In this document: one piece after another, positions 11,961 through 23,865 of the stretch
How the letters are laid out: each line of letters starts with the position of its first letter
Position numbering within the stretch: the stretch's first letter is position 1
Source of the DNA: Octopus bimaculoides
Lineage: Eukaryota
DNA: 64,000 bases
Reading direction: 5' to 3'
Assembly (NCBI RefSeq): GCF_001194135.2
Contig: NC_068999.1
Location: 53,516,122 to 53,580,121, forward strand
Translations under genes and position numbers: made by a program
Notes under the pieces: generated by a model
What the model saw: only the letters and a program-made list of their open reading frames with translations
Told to the model about the DNA's origin: nothing
The model's database searches: none

Positions 11961-12180
11961 CCATTTAGCATTTAAATTGACAGCATCTGTCCAAAGTAAT
12001 CTTCCTGGTTTATATTCCAATTGGCCAGATCTAGTTTCTTGCACCTATCCTATAACATCATTTTAAAAATAAACAATCCCACAATTGTAATCTCAAAGCA
12101 ACAAGACAATGCATGATAAATTGAAAACAATGTCAATAAATAAGTGTTATATTTGACAGAGTAATCCAAATGCTAAAGGG
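11961..12180. mobile_element. piggyBac-like MITE
   Basis: ttag|ccatttagcattt...aatgctaaaggg|ttaa. Confidence 0.75.
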
Positions 12181-12397
12181 TTAATTATTATTTTTATTGT
12201 TTATTAATTAGCAGTGTTCGTGGTGCAATGATAGCAACAAAGATATTCTCTGTTCTGCAGCTCTGAGCTTTGTTCTCCTCTGTTTACATCTTCATTGTAA
12301 ATACTCTTGGGAAATTATGAACATACCAACATCCCTATATTGCACTTGTGGCAGAAATCATTGTTCTTCACAAGGTTATCAGTTTTAGGATTATTAA

Positions 12398-12617
12398 TCC
12401 TTTAGCACTTAAACCAGCCATATCAGGCTCAAATATTTTAGCTGTTTTGCTATGTTCAAACCAGCCAGATCCAGCCTCTTACCCCTATCCAACAATGTCA
12501 TTCTAAAAATAATCATTATCATCAACCTCTTGAAGATGTGAGATAATGCAGGATTAATTCAAAACAGTGTGAATAAATAAGCATTAATTTTGACAGTGTA
12601 ATCTGAATGCTAAACAG
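12398..12617. mobile_element. piggyBac-like MITE
   Basis: ttaa|tcctttagcactt...gaatgctaaacag|ttaa, with the same internal sequence as the 11961 copy. Confidence 0.75.
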
Positions 12618-13361
12618 TTAATAACCTCATCTTAATAAATAAATATTTTTATCTTATACTTCTTTTGCTGAGCTAGTAAGTTAACAGAGATGTAAACAAA
12701 CCAACACTAGTTGTCAAATGATAGGGCAGGGACAAACACAGACACACACGACAGCCTCCTACACAAATCTTCATCTACTAAATTCACAAGGTATTGGTTG
12801 GCTCTGGTCTATAGTATAGACACTTTGCCCAAAGTGTCACACAGAGGAAGGGAACCTAAAACCAAGTGGTTGCAAAGCAAGCATCTTAACCACACAGCCA
12901 TGTCTGAGTCTTAATGTTGAATAACAAAAAAAGCCTTACTTGAAAACCAGATAAGGATTAGAAACCTAAAGAGTATCAGATTGTAGAACAATGTCTAAAT
13001 AATAAACATGAATTCAGTTGCTGCTTAATTCTAGGCCAGATCTGACTGGGTGGGTACCAAGATTCCAGGTTTTCTAACACTGACCGTTCTTTCTTTTTGT
13101 CAGAAAGAAAAGAAAAGCATACTTGATAATGCAGTGCTAGATATACTAAGTAAATTGGATGTGATTCCAGGGAAATATGGCTGCTAGTTCTAACAGGTCA
13201 GGCAGTCACATAGAGGCATCTTTAGCAAGATTCAAGAATAAGCATTCAGTGTCAAATATTAACAAAGGATAGGAGGGAGGGGGAGAGTATTATTTTTTTT
13301 TTGCCTTAGATGAGAGAGAGAGAGAGGAGGAGGTTAAGAAAAAAATTCTTATAATACAGAC

Positions 13362-13627
13362 CTGGTTTTATGGCAATATTTGGTGCCAGAGGAGTTAAGG
13401 ATGCTTGAGATATCATCTTTGATGCGACAGCCGTTGCAGTTGTCGGTGATGAATGGGAAATGCTAGGGTTGACAGGGAGGGCCTTGCCCTGTCCATGGCT
13501 AAACATCACCTGCGACTTAGTGGCATCAGTGGTGTTCCTCTTCTTTAGGGTGATGTGAATGTTGGAGTTTGTAGACTGAGCAGCAGTAACCACAGCGGCA
13601 CTGTCACTGTACACAGGCATATTTTGC
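13362..13627 (-). CDS. SAP130: SAP130 coding exon (R/QNMPVYSDSAAVV...TPLAPNIAIKP/G)
   Basis: Acceptor tttatttttcag| and donor cag|gtctgt; phase 2 to 1; lies within ORF 13306-13707. Confidence 0.85.
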
Positions 13628-14219
13628 CTGAAAAATAAATTGTGCTTTTTGGGTTGTTTTTCAATCCTGTGAAAGAAGATGTTGACGATTAAAAAATTAA
13701 GAAACAAATGTAAAGATGTGTAGGAAAGACCAGAGAGGATAGATCATAAATATATAGAGAGAAGTATATGTAATATCAAGGGAAGGGTGGGGGGGGGAGA
13801 ACAAAAGATAGTAATGTAGAGAAGTTTAGATAATAACAAAAACAGCGAGGAAAGATAATATAAAGGAAAAGAGATAACACAGNNNNNNNNNNNNNNNNNN
13901 NNNNNNNNNNNNNNNNNNNNNNNNNNNNNNNNNNNNNNNNNNNNNNAATTTGGAGAGAAGTGTTGATAATGATAACCAAGTGGGTAAATGATAATATAAA
14001 GAAAAGTATAGATTATTGTTTCTAGTGTAAGCACAATGCCAAAAATGCTGGCAAGGGACGAAGTTTGCTGACCCCAGTACTTTATTTTGCTGACCTCAGA
14101 GACCTGAGAGAATTTGAACTCAGAACACGAAAGCATGTGGGGGTGGGTGGGTGTAGCAATGCATTTTGTCCAACACAAATTTACCTATCTACCAACTTTT
14201 TATTGATAATAACAGCAAC

Positions 14220-14223
<4 letters not shown>

Positions 14224-14261
<38 letters not shown>
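14224..14261. repeat. (GA)n microsatellite
   Basis: Read directly from the sequence. Confidence 0.95.
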
Positions 14262-14264
<3 letters not shown>

Positions 14265-14337
14265 AAAGATAACAACAAAGAACTCTGAGAGTGCTAAAAG
14301 CATAATTATCTGCATAAGCTAATATAATGCCAAAATA

Positions 14338-14552
14338 TTGATTTCAAATTTTGACACAAGGCCAGCAATTCAAGAGAGAGGGGGTAAGTTGATTACATTG
14401 ACCCTAGTACTCAACTGGTACATTCTTTAGCAATCCCAAAAGGATGAAATGTGAAGTTGACCATGGTGGAATTTGAATCCCAGAATGTGAAGACAGACGA
14501 AATACCACTAAGCATTTTGCTCAGCATGCTAACGATTCTGTCAGCTTGCCAC
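14338..14552 (-). mobile_element. tRNA-derived SINE, family B, (ATT)n-tailed
   Basis: The minus strand starts ggtggcaagctgacagaatcgttagc, has B-box-like ggattcaaattcc and the core ctt.acatttcatccttt...gtaccagttgagtact.gggtc. Confidence 0.85.
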
Positions 14553-15039
14553 CTTAATAATGTCAAAATATCAAAGAAAAAGAAAAAAAAGCTAAACAAT
14601 AAAGGCGGTGCTCCAGCATTGCCGCAGTCAAATGACTGAAACAAGTAAAAGAGTAAAAGAATAGAAGGAGAGATGAAAGTGGTAAAAGAAGGTAACAAAG
14701 AGAAAACGAGAAGAAAAGGAGTAACGAGAGAGGTGGAAAATAGTGTAAGATAGAGTAGTCATGTGAGGAGGAAGTGCAATGAAAAGCAACCAAGTAATTT
14801 TAAAAAATAATATTCACTAGAAAAAAAAAAATACACATATATAAAGGATTCCTTATTGTAGGGAATGAAGTTATAAGAAATTGTGCAGTTCACACTTTTC
14901 TGAAGTGAAGTAGAGGCATTAATAATATGACAGCTCCAAGTGATCATTGAAACTGCTATGGACAGAGCAAAGTTGTTTAGTTGATGAAGAAAAAAATGTT
15001 AAAAAATATGTTTAAAAAAAAACCCTCAACAAAGCATAC

Positions 15040-15298
15040 CTTGGTTTTTCCGATCGCAAAATGATCTGTGAGGTGGGTGCTGCACCTGCCATACTCGGCT
15101 GGTTAGCACGTGGACCTGTAACTGTAGGGGCTGTGGGCTTTATCGTTGAAATTAGAGAGTTCCGGTTCATCTGAGAGAAGACATTAGTGTTGCTGAGAAT
15201 GGGAGAAGGCTGGTTGGGACGCATCACTGTAGCAGCAGCGGCGGCTGACATGCTTGAACCGGGTTTCGGGACAGACAGAGCAGACGCAGCAGCTGCAC
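15040..15298 (-). CDS. SAP130: SAP130 coding exon (G/AAAASALSVPKPGSSMSAAAAATVMRP...QIILRSEKP/R)
   Basis: Acceptor gcgttttgctag| and donor ag|gtatgc; phase 1 to 2. The spliced junction SHLPR/GAAAA reproduces the vertebrate SAP130 motif SHLPRGAAAAAV. Confidence 0.92.
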
Positions 15299-15396
15299 CT
15301 AGCAAAACGCAATTGGAAATGGAAATTAACCAGAGTTCAACTAAGCAGAAGGTTTTATATGTGTGTCTACATTATATACATATACACACACACACA

Positions 15397-15618
15397 TAAG
15401 GGGGTACTGCAAAAGTTCCTGGTTTTAAGGATATCGTGAAAGGTCTGGTTGGAGGCTCAACCATCGGAATTCTTTTACAGGACTTAGAAAAACTGAACGA
15501 CCATGGCAATAACTGTGAATCTGAGAAGGGAATAAATATGTTCAATAAAATCACAATTACCTGATCCTCCTGTATTTTCTTTTACCCAAAGCCAAGAACT
15601 TTACAGCACCCCCTTGTA
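15397..15618. mobile_element. Non-autonomous mariner-like element (MITE)
   Basis: TIRs aagggggtactgcaaaagttcctgg and ccaagaacttttacagcaccccctt, flanked by TA. The internal LEKLNDHGNNC resembles the mariner C-terminus. Confidence 0.8.
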
Positions 15619-15812
15619 TGTACATATATATATAGTGAATGTCTTACTGCTGGATAACCTTCCTATTGCTAAAACATACCTGTTTTTTTGTTAAGTAAAG
15701 GAACTCATTCCACAAGACTTTAAAGGTGCAAAACCAGTAAATGATTTCTTGACTTCACTACTTGTAGCTCAACAACTCAAGAAACTCAAATGTAAATACA
15801 CATAAAATTTAT

Positions 15813-15854
<42 letters not shown>

Positions 15855-16121
15855 TAGGTTTCTTTCAGCTTCCATCTCCCAAATCCACTCACAAGGCATT
15901 GTATAGTAAGACGGAACCCAAGACCCCATTTCAGAATCAAGCTTCTCAACTACATGGCTATGCCTTCACACACACACACACACACACAAATATAATGTAC
16001 ACATATAAAATACATTTTAATTCTTATGTATGCACAGGTAATCTATGACAACAATGGACAATGACAAGCAAATGACAGAAAGAGAGACAGACAGACAGAG
16101 ACAACTGAAATAGTGACTTAC

Positions 16122-16445
16122 CTCTGGGTAAATGAGAAGTAAATGTGGGCATATGGTGCCCTGCTGGTGTTGACTGACCACATGTGGACACAACCCCTCC
16201 TCCTCCAGCTCCTCCACCACCACCTCCGCCCCCTCCTCCTACACCACTGCTTCGAAATGCAGGAGAGTTTGCAGCAAGAGACATGGAAGGGTTTGTTGAA
16301 GAGGTTTCCACCACCGTGGGCACTGTCGTGGTAGCCAACTGCAGGACACTGGTCTGAGGCGCAAATGGCACATGAATGTTGGATGCACCACTCGAACTTA
16401 AGGTGTTGCAGGTCTTCAGAGCATCGACGTTGTTACAGATGGTTA
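16122..16445 (-). CDS. SAP130: SAP130 coding exon with a poly-Gly tract, ending HHMPTFTSHLPR
   Basis: Acceptor tgtgtgctttcag| and donor gag|gtaagt; 324 nt, phase 1 to 1. Confidence 0.9.
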
Positions 16446-16774
16446 CTGAAAGCACACAGAATTTACACATTGGAGGAGAGACACCTCAAAAGTAAATAAC
16501 CACCCCTAATTATACAGTTTTATCTTTGCAGACACTACTCATCAGTACAATGTCCAAATGGGTTTATTCATTAAAAACTACATAAGGCATGTCTACTAAA
16601 TACTAGATTAAGTACTTAAATGCAATCAAATGACATTTTGTTTCTAGAAATAAATCGTTAAAAAATAATGACATCTTTGAGATTTCTATAAATATATATA
16701 GATATGGCTATACTCAAGAAAACCCTTACCCCACAGCAAAACTGTTAATATCGATCCTCCTGGTTATGTAAAGC

Positions 16775-17000
16775 ACCCATGCATAAAAGCACCCATGCAG
16801 CGACACATAAAAGTGCCCAAGTAGTGCCACATAAAAGCATCCAGCATTCTCTGTAAAGTGGTTGGCATTAGGAAGGGCATCCAGCCGTAGAAACTATGCC
16901 AAATCAGACAGAAGTCTGGTACAGCTCTCTGGCTAGCCAGCTCTGGTCACACCGTCCAACCCATGCTAGCACGGATAACAGACATATGGTGATGATGATA
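16775..17000 (+). mobile_element. Family D RTE-tail element with short internal tandem units
   Basis: Repeated ataaaagcaccca-like units, then aaagtggttggcattaggaagggcatccagccgtagaaac...ccaacccatgctagcacgg and an atgatgat tail. Confidence 0.8.
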
Positions 17001-17074
17001 CATGCATACATCATGAACTTTCCTATTGCTAGGCAACATTTAAGGGTTCTGCAATTTCTTACTGAACCACACAG

Positions 17075-17285
17075 ATGATTTGTTTATAGTGATCAAATGT
17101 TTGTGCTCACATAAGCTCACTCCTTCATCAAATTGACGTTACCTGTACAGGTGCACAATATCCCACACGTTAGAGCAACATGTAATCAACTGTTTTGCTC
17201 AAGAACACAATACAACACCCAGTCTGGGAATCAAAATCACAATCTTGCAATCGTGAGTGCAACACCCTAACTACTAAGCCATGCA
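17075..17285 (-). mobile_element. tRNA-derived SINE, family C
   Basis: Reverse complement of the 60626 copy: tagttagggtgttgcactcacgattgcaagattgtgattttgattccc...tgttcttgagcaaaac. Confidence 0.75.
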
Positions 17286-17819
17286 CCTTCACATCTATGT
17301 ATGTATTTATATACACACATATGAACATATTTATGTATTTATAAATGTGTGTGTGTGTGCATCTATGTGAGAGTGTGAGTGTGCATACATCAGCTCCTGC
17401 CTGTGTCTGTATGTGTAGAGTGATCCATCAAAACATACCAGACTCTGGCAGAATTTGAAATCTTCAAAGGCAGGACAAAATACAATACTGCATTGCATTT
17501 AATCTATGCTATAGTGTCTTGGTTATATATCTGGCATAGGTACAAAGCGACACAATTCTGTGGGTGAGTGCAGTCAACTAGACTGAATCACCACTCCAGA
17601 CCACCTCAGCATTTTATCAAACTTGAGATGATAAGAAGTAATGTAAATATAAGTGGGATTTGAACTCAAAACATAGATGAAATAAGTGAAATACCTGAAG
17701 GCATTTTGCCGAGCGCTCTACCAATTCTGCCATCCACAGCCCTCACTGAAATAAGAAGAACGAGACTTTTAACATACACACACACATATATATATATTTA
17801 TACAACAGGCTCATTTCAC

Positions 17820-18265
17820 AACTAATACCATTTAATACAGTCTGAAAAATATCTAATAGGAGATGACTTACATGTTTCTCCTACATGTACAAGTTTGTCA
17901 CTCCTATTAGCAAAATGAAACGCATGTATAGGGTAAAGACCCCCTTCAGTCATGAACGACCATGAGATTGCACCTAGAAAGGTACCTTCCGAGACACAAG
18001 TCTCAGCAAGGTTGTTTATAGAAGACCAGCAATCGCCCATGCATACCAGCCTCCCCTCCCCACACCACCGATGTTATCCAAGGGAAAGGCAAAGGCTGAT
18101 ACAGCTTGGCACCAGTGACGTCACAACTCATTTCTACAGCTGAGTGAACTGGAGCGATGTGAAATAAAGTGTCTTGCTCAAGAACACAACACACAACCCA
18201 GTCTGGGAATCAAACTCACTACCACATGATTGTGAGCTTGACACTCTAACCACTGAGCCAATGAT
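17820..18265 (-). mobile_element. tRNA-derived SINE, family C, long form
   Basis: The minus strand has tggctcagtggttagagtgtcaagc (A-box), gagtttgattccc (B-box) and tgtgttcttgagcaagacactttatttcacatcgctccag, then about 300 bp of extra 3' sequence. Confidence 0.8.
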
Positions 18266-18430
18266 GAATAAGTAATACCAACATTTTGTCTTTCCAATTT
18301 TCTGTTTTGATATGTAATTATTCTGCAAAGAACATTTTCCAGTATTTTACAACCCTTATGCATACCATACAGAAATATAACATCTACATACAACTTTGGA
18401 GTACTGGAATATACACACACACATTCTGTA

Positions 18431-18626
18431 AATGATATTTTATAAGCTTAAAGCTTATAAGTGATCACTGTGTATTGGCTAAAGAAAATAGTCTAATATT
18501 GGGACATCGAAAGAAAGGAAAACCCACTTTTTTTCTGTCAAGGGCTTATATGCCCCAATATTAGATTATTTCCTTTCGTTGATATACGGTGATCACTTAT
18601 AAGCTTTAAGCTTATGAAATATAATT
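18431..18626. mobile_element. Fold-back/MITE with about 73-bp inverted arms
   Basis: Arm 18435-18507 and the reverse complement of 18550-18622 match at 63/73 positions by hand alignment, around a 42-bp spacer. Confidence 0.8.
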
Positions 18627-18752
18627 ATGGATCAGTGAATGCATTATTTTTACAAGGAAAGTTTGACTGATTTCAAAGTTTCAGCTTAGTTGCTGTGATC
18701 AGACTATCATGCACACAGAAACACACAAACTCTACAGTAGTAGGTGATTTAC

Positions 18753-18825
18753 CTCCTGTTGGAAGTATGTTTGACACATTTGATATCGAAGAATGGGTGG
18801 CAGCAGGTAAGGATGTTGCAGGTTT
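18753..18825 (-). CDS. SAP130: SAP130 coding exon (KPATSLPAATHSSISNVSNILPTG)
   Basis: Acceptor ttctctctttgtcag| and donor gag|gtaaat; phase 0 to 1, matching both neighbours. Confidence 0.8.
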
Positions 18826-19881
18826 CTGACAAAGAGAGAAAAGAGAAAAGAAATAACATAAAACAAACAGCTTTAGAATCTCTGATATTATGAGTTTAGT
18901 ATGAGGAGAAATACAACAGGTCACTCACAAGTGCTAGTTGCAAGTCTAGCAAGACCTATTGTAGAGTCAGGTTGTTGACAACTATATCAGCCCTCCCACC
19001 TATGAAGCAATCCTGCAGGTGATGGTGATGCTTATCATAGTGATGGTGCTGGTCGTAGCAAGTGCAAGGGTCATTTGTTTATAGTAGGGGTGATGTCAGC
19101 AACATCATCATCATCATCATCAACATTTAACATCAATTTTCCATACTGCCATAGGTTGGTCGGTTTGACAGGAATTAGCAAGGCCTGGGGCCATATCAGG
19201 TTCCATAGTCTATTTCGGCTTGGTTTCAATGTACTGGCTTCTGTTGCAGCATAGGGAGATACAAGCATTATAACGAACGTCCTTCCCACTCCTAACAGGA
19301 CTACCAACAACAAACAATATAGTCCCTTTCTTTACTGAGTTACTTCCCTTAGCGTGACAAACCAGGTGGATTGTTACATAGTTCTAAGTAACAGATACTG
19401 ATTTCTGAATTTGAAAAGGTGTAGAACACCAGAACGTAACTAGGGCTTCATTATTTTTAAGACTCCAGGAAGGAATTGAACTTGGAACAAGGACACAAAC
19501 ATAAATGGGTACAGTCCAAAGTTATTCATCATTCTTCAGGGTTTGAACTCTGAATATAAAGAGCTATAACTAAACATCTCAAGGTATTGTGACTGACACT
19601 TTACTGAGTCTGCTAATCCACCACCTTTAATAATCATTTTCTTTTTTTTTTTTACATAGCCACAGGCCTAGAAATTTGGAGGAGTGTAACGATCGATTAT
19701 ATTGAACCTTGTATTTGATAGGTGCTTTTATTTTATTGAACCCGGGAAGGAGGAAAAAGGTAAACTTGACCTTGGTAAGATTTGAACTCAGAATGACAAG
19801 AGCCAGGCCAAATACTGCTTATTTTTTCTGACAATCCTACCAATCCACTGCTCCCAAAATAATGATTATGATAATAATAAT

Positions 19882-20228
19882 ATTGACCCACAAACAGTCA
19901 AGAAGGAAGGCAAAAAAATAGATGTACACAACCCACTTAAGTACAAAATAGCCCGGCTTGGAAAATGAGGTGAAGATAGCGCCAATTATTGTTGGGTCCC
20001 TGGGGACTGAAGACAGCAGAAGGCACCAAGAGGAATATAAAAGAAATTGGAATAGAGTGCCCAGTAGAACTGTTACAAAAGGTTTGCCTTCTTGGCACGG
20101 CCAGAATAATCAGGAAAGTATTAGTTGAACAGATAGCATGGTACTGTAGGCTGCAGCAGCAAGCCTGCTACGCATGAAAAACTCCAGGAGTTACAACAAA
20201 ACCCGAGATAAAAAGAAGAATAATAACA
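19882..20228 (+). mobile_element. 3' end of an R4/Dong-like non-LTR retrotransposon (restriction-like endonuclease C-terminus), frameshifted
   Basis: Across frameshifts it reads LKYKIARL..VKIAPIIVGSLGT..AEGTKRNIKEIGIECPVELLQKVCLLGTARIIRKVL. This matches the PIVVGALG...LQKxxLLGTARIxRKVL ending of RLE-type elements and is followed by a short 3' UTR and an aataataac tail. Confidence 0.8.
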
Positions 20229-21411
20229 ATCCTTTCTACTTTAGGTACAAAGCCTGAAATTTGGGGGACGGGGACTAGTCGATTAGATTAACCCAAGCAC
20301 TTGACTGGTAATTGTTTCATTAACCCTGAAAGGATGAAAGAAAGTCGACCTCGGTGGAATTTGAACCCAGAACATAGTGATAAGCAAAATACTGCTAAGC
20401 ATTTCTCCCAGTGCTCGCTGCCTTATAACGATTTCAAATTTTGGCACAAGGCCAGTAATTTTAAGGGGAGAGGGTTAGTTGATGCCACTCTCCCACTCCC
20501 TACTCAGCTGGTAGTTATTTAATCAAACCCAAAAGGATGAAAGGCTAAGTTGATCTCAGCAGAATTTGAACTCAGAGCAGAACGAGCAGGAAGGATTGCC
20601 ATTAAATAGGTTCAATACAATTCTGCTAGCTTGTCATCTTAATACTACTACAACTAATAATAATAATAATAATCCTTTCTACAAAAGGAACAAAGCCTGA
20701 AATTTGGGGGGAGGGGACCAGTCGATAACATCGACACCAGTGTTTCACTGGTACTTAATACATCCACCCCGAAAAGATGAAAGGCAAAGTTGACTGTGGC
20801 AGAATTTTAACTCAGAACATAAAAACAGACAAAATTCTGCTAAGCATTTTATCCAACATACTAACAATTCTGCCAGCTCGCCATTACCACAAGAATAATA
20901 CTGATAATGGCTTCAAATTATGGCACAAGGCCAGCAATTTTAAGAGAGGGATTTCAATTTTACCAACCTCAAAAGGTTAAGATAACCTAGATGGAATTTG
21001 AATTGAGAATGTAAGAAGAAAGAAATGCTTGTAAATATTATGTTAAATGCTAACAATTTTACCAGCTCAACTGCCTTAATATCATCATCTATAATAATAA
21101 CAGTTTCACATTTTGGCACAAAGCCAGTAACCTTGGGGGAGGGTGCAAGTTGATTACAATGACTGGTGCTCAACTGGTACTTATTTTATCAACTCCGAAA
21201 GGAAGAAAGGCAAAAATCGACCCTGGCAGAATTTGAACTCAGAACATAAAGACGGAAGAAATACTGCTAAGCATTTCACTTGGCATGCTAATCATTATCA
21301 TCATTTACCGTCCATTTTCCATGTTGGCATAGGTTGGACACAAGTACAATGCAAATTGTCAAGAAACTTGTAGCAAGTAGTACACTAAATAACAGAAGAT
21401 TTATCACTTAC

Positions 21412-21587
21412 TGTGTATGTATTAATATGATCGGTAGCATGGTGCTGTGACTGCTGTGGATAGACATGAGTTGGCCGACTGGTCGGAGCAGAGACGCGGG
21501 ACGAAAGAGAGGTCTCCACCCCAGAATGTGGAACTTTCTCGACATGTCTTTCTGCACCTGAGTAAGGCTGGTTATTCATGTCTTCAC
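21412..21587 (-). CDS. SAP130: SAP130 N-terminal coding exon (G/EDMNNQPYSGAERHVEK...HATDHINTYT); ATG at 21579-21577 is one possible start
   Basis: Acceptor tcatttctcacag| and donor |gtaagt; phase 1 to 0, in frame with the 18753-18825 exon. Confidence 0.78.
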
Positions 21588-23865
21588 CTGTGAGAAATGA
21601 GAAACAGTAAGGTAGGGATTAATTAATAAAAAAAAAAAAGAAAAAAGAAAAACAATGGAAATAACAACTAACATAGGCACAAGGTGATGGGGAGGGGGTC
21701 AATTAGAGTTACTGCACCATATGACTAGTACGTATGGATTCTGAAAGTATTGAAAAAGAAAAAAACTGACCATAGTAGAATTTGAACTCGGATATGTAAC
21801 AAAATAACCCAAAGTATTTTGCCAATAGCTCCGATTTTTGCAGATTCCACCACCCAAATAACAATAATAATAATAATAATAATTTTAGCAGAAGTTCAGT
21901 CATTTTCAGGGAGAGTGGATTAGTCAATACCATCCACCCCAGTAGTTGACTGGTACTTTGTAATTAACCCAGCAACATATGAAAAGAGAAGTTAACCTCA
22001 GCAGGATTTGAACTCAGAAGAATTACTGAATGGCAGTTTTCCTGATGTTTTAACATCAAAATTCACATTGGATTCTGCCAACCCAACATCCTTATAATAT
22101 TAACTGTTTCTGGTTCAGGGGCACACTGGCCTACAATTTTTGAGATGAGAGATTAGTAGATTACATTGATCCTGTTCTTAATTTTGCCAGTCTACCAACC
22201 TAATAATTGTAATAATAATGGTTTCAAATTTTGGCAAAAGGCCAGCAAGTTTGAGGGAGGGGGCCTAGTTGGTTACATGGACTTCAGTGCTCAACTGGTG
22301 CTTATTTGATCGACTGCAAAAGAATGAAAGGCAAAGTCGACCCTGACGGAATTTGAACTCAGAACGTAAAGACGGACAAAATGCCACTACACCTATTTAC
22401 ACATTTATTTGGAACATTGTTTTAAGATTTTCATCACTCAAAGCTGCAACTTGTTCACTAATTAAAAATTCTGCTGCATCTAATAATAATAGTTCTTCCT
22501 CATTTTTGCACAAGGCCAGTTTATAATAAGTCCTGACAGCTTTTTCTTTTATCAGAAATTTGTCTGTTTTATCCTTGTGTAGATGCCATACTAATCTCTA
22601 TTGTCCCAATTTTCATAGCATGCTGAGGGCAGTGACAATGACATAGATGGTGGTGATGACAACGATGGTGTTGATAATAGTAACTGCAAAAATATGATCA
22701 AATAACATAAGAATCACCACCTACTAGAAATTGCTTTACGTCACCATTACAAATAAAACATGTCACTATAACCTGAATTCTTGCCTCTTAGCAGTTACAT
22801 ATGGTGCAGCGAAACAATCCTGTGGCTCAAGTTTCATCACACAAACACACACACACACACACATTTGCAGTAATGAACAAGAGAAACCTACTTAAATCTC
22901 AGAGTTTTGGGGTTTGGAGTATAAATTTGCTTAAGTGTTATTAAGGTGTCTAAGAAGAATACAGAATAAAGACAATTATTTCCTGTTGCCTTCACTAACA
23001 AGACATGAAGCTAAAGCTTTCTAAGGAGTGCAATTGCTTCTGTTTATGTATTGGAGTAAGGAGGGAGTGGGTTGTGTCCAGCTTTGTCAGCCATGCCTTC
23101 TAATTGCTATTAATATAAGCTAATCTGAAATAGCTACAAGCATGAATCAAAACTGGATTGCAGAAGATATCTGGCTTGTCAGGGGTATACTCATACTGTA
23201 CAATGGTCACCTACAGCAGTAGTACTACTAAACCAAGCCATCTTCTGTTCAGGAAAAAGATGTGTGGACTACACAAAGCAAAGTTAACAAATTACTGTCT
23301 TAAGATACTTCAGTTAACAGCATGCAGCAACCCATGGTGCTTATTTACAGCTGGGTTGACTTTAATAGCAGCATAGTCAGTACCTTGCAGACAGGTTTTG
23401 TAAAATCAAGCTTGCCTTCAGGTCCAGAGGAATCTTCTCAAAAACAGAGAATGGTGTCAATTTTTATTAATTTTTCTTTAAGGAGTAAAATAACTTTTCA
23501 GATATTCATAGGGCCCACTTTGGCTCTACTCACTGCAGATCAATGTACTGGCTGAATCCCACGCAAGGGAACACAACCTATAAACAATGGCCTGGTGCGA
23601 TATGAAATACTGACCATTTAGCTTGTGTTGAACTACTGGACTAAAGAGAAGAGTAAATGAGAGAAAATAAGGAGACAAACAAAAGAGCAATGAGAGAAAG
23701 AGAGAAAGACACAAATAAGGAGAACAGATGAAAGCTAAAGGAGGTGAGAAAGGCAACAAAGAGATCTTCATCACAGCAACTACTCACAAGCAAAGTGACT
23801 GACCTCCGTCCCGAGAGGGGGAGAAAATACATCAGCGTCTATCAGAGTTGATAACTCTGCACTAC

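Larger units (their letters stand above)
19655..22395 (-). mobile_element. Array of about 9-10 family B SINE copies in one orientation, on both sides of the 21412-21587 exon
   Basis: Copies at about 19655-19858, 20230-20425, 20430-20640, 20672-20885, 20908-21075, 21100-21290, 21675-21855, 21880-22090 and 22218-22395. Most show a recognisable gaatttgaactcagaa (reverse B-box) and several also aaaggcaaagtcgac; they are mostly separated by (AAT)n. Confidence 0.88.

Noticed and set aside
19655-22395. Regularly spaced repeats suggesting a CRISPR-like array
   Set aside because: The units are roughly 200-bp diverged SINE copies with microsatellite linkers in a eukaryotic intron; there are no short invariant repeats with unique spacers and no cas genes.
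23382-23435. Possible small SAP130 exon (DSSGPEGKLDFTKPVCK) with an aag|gtact donor
   Set aside because: The acceptor is weak and the phases do not fit the 21587 acceptor.
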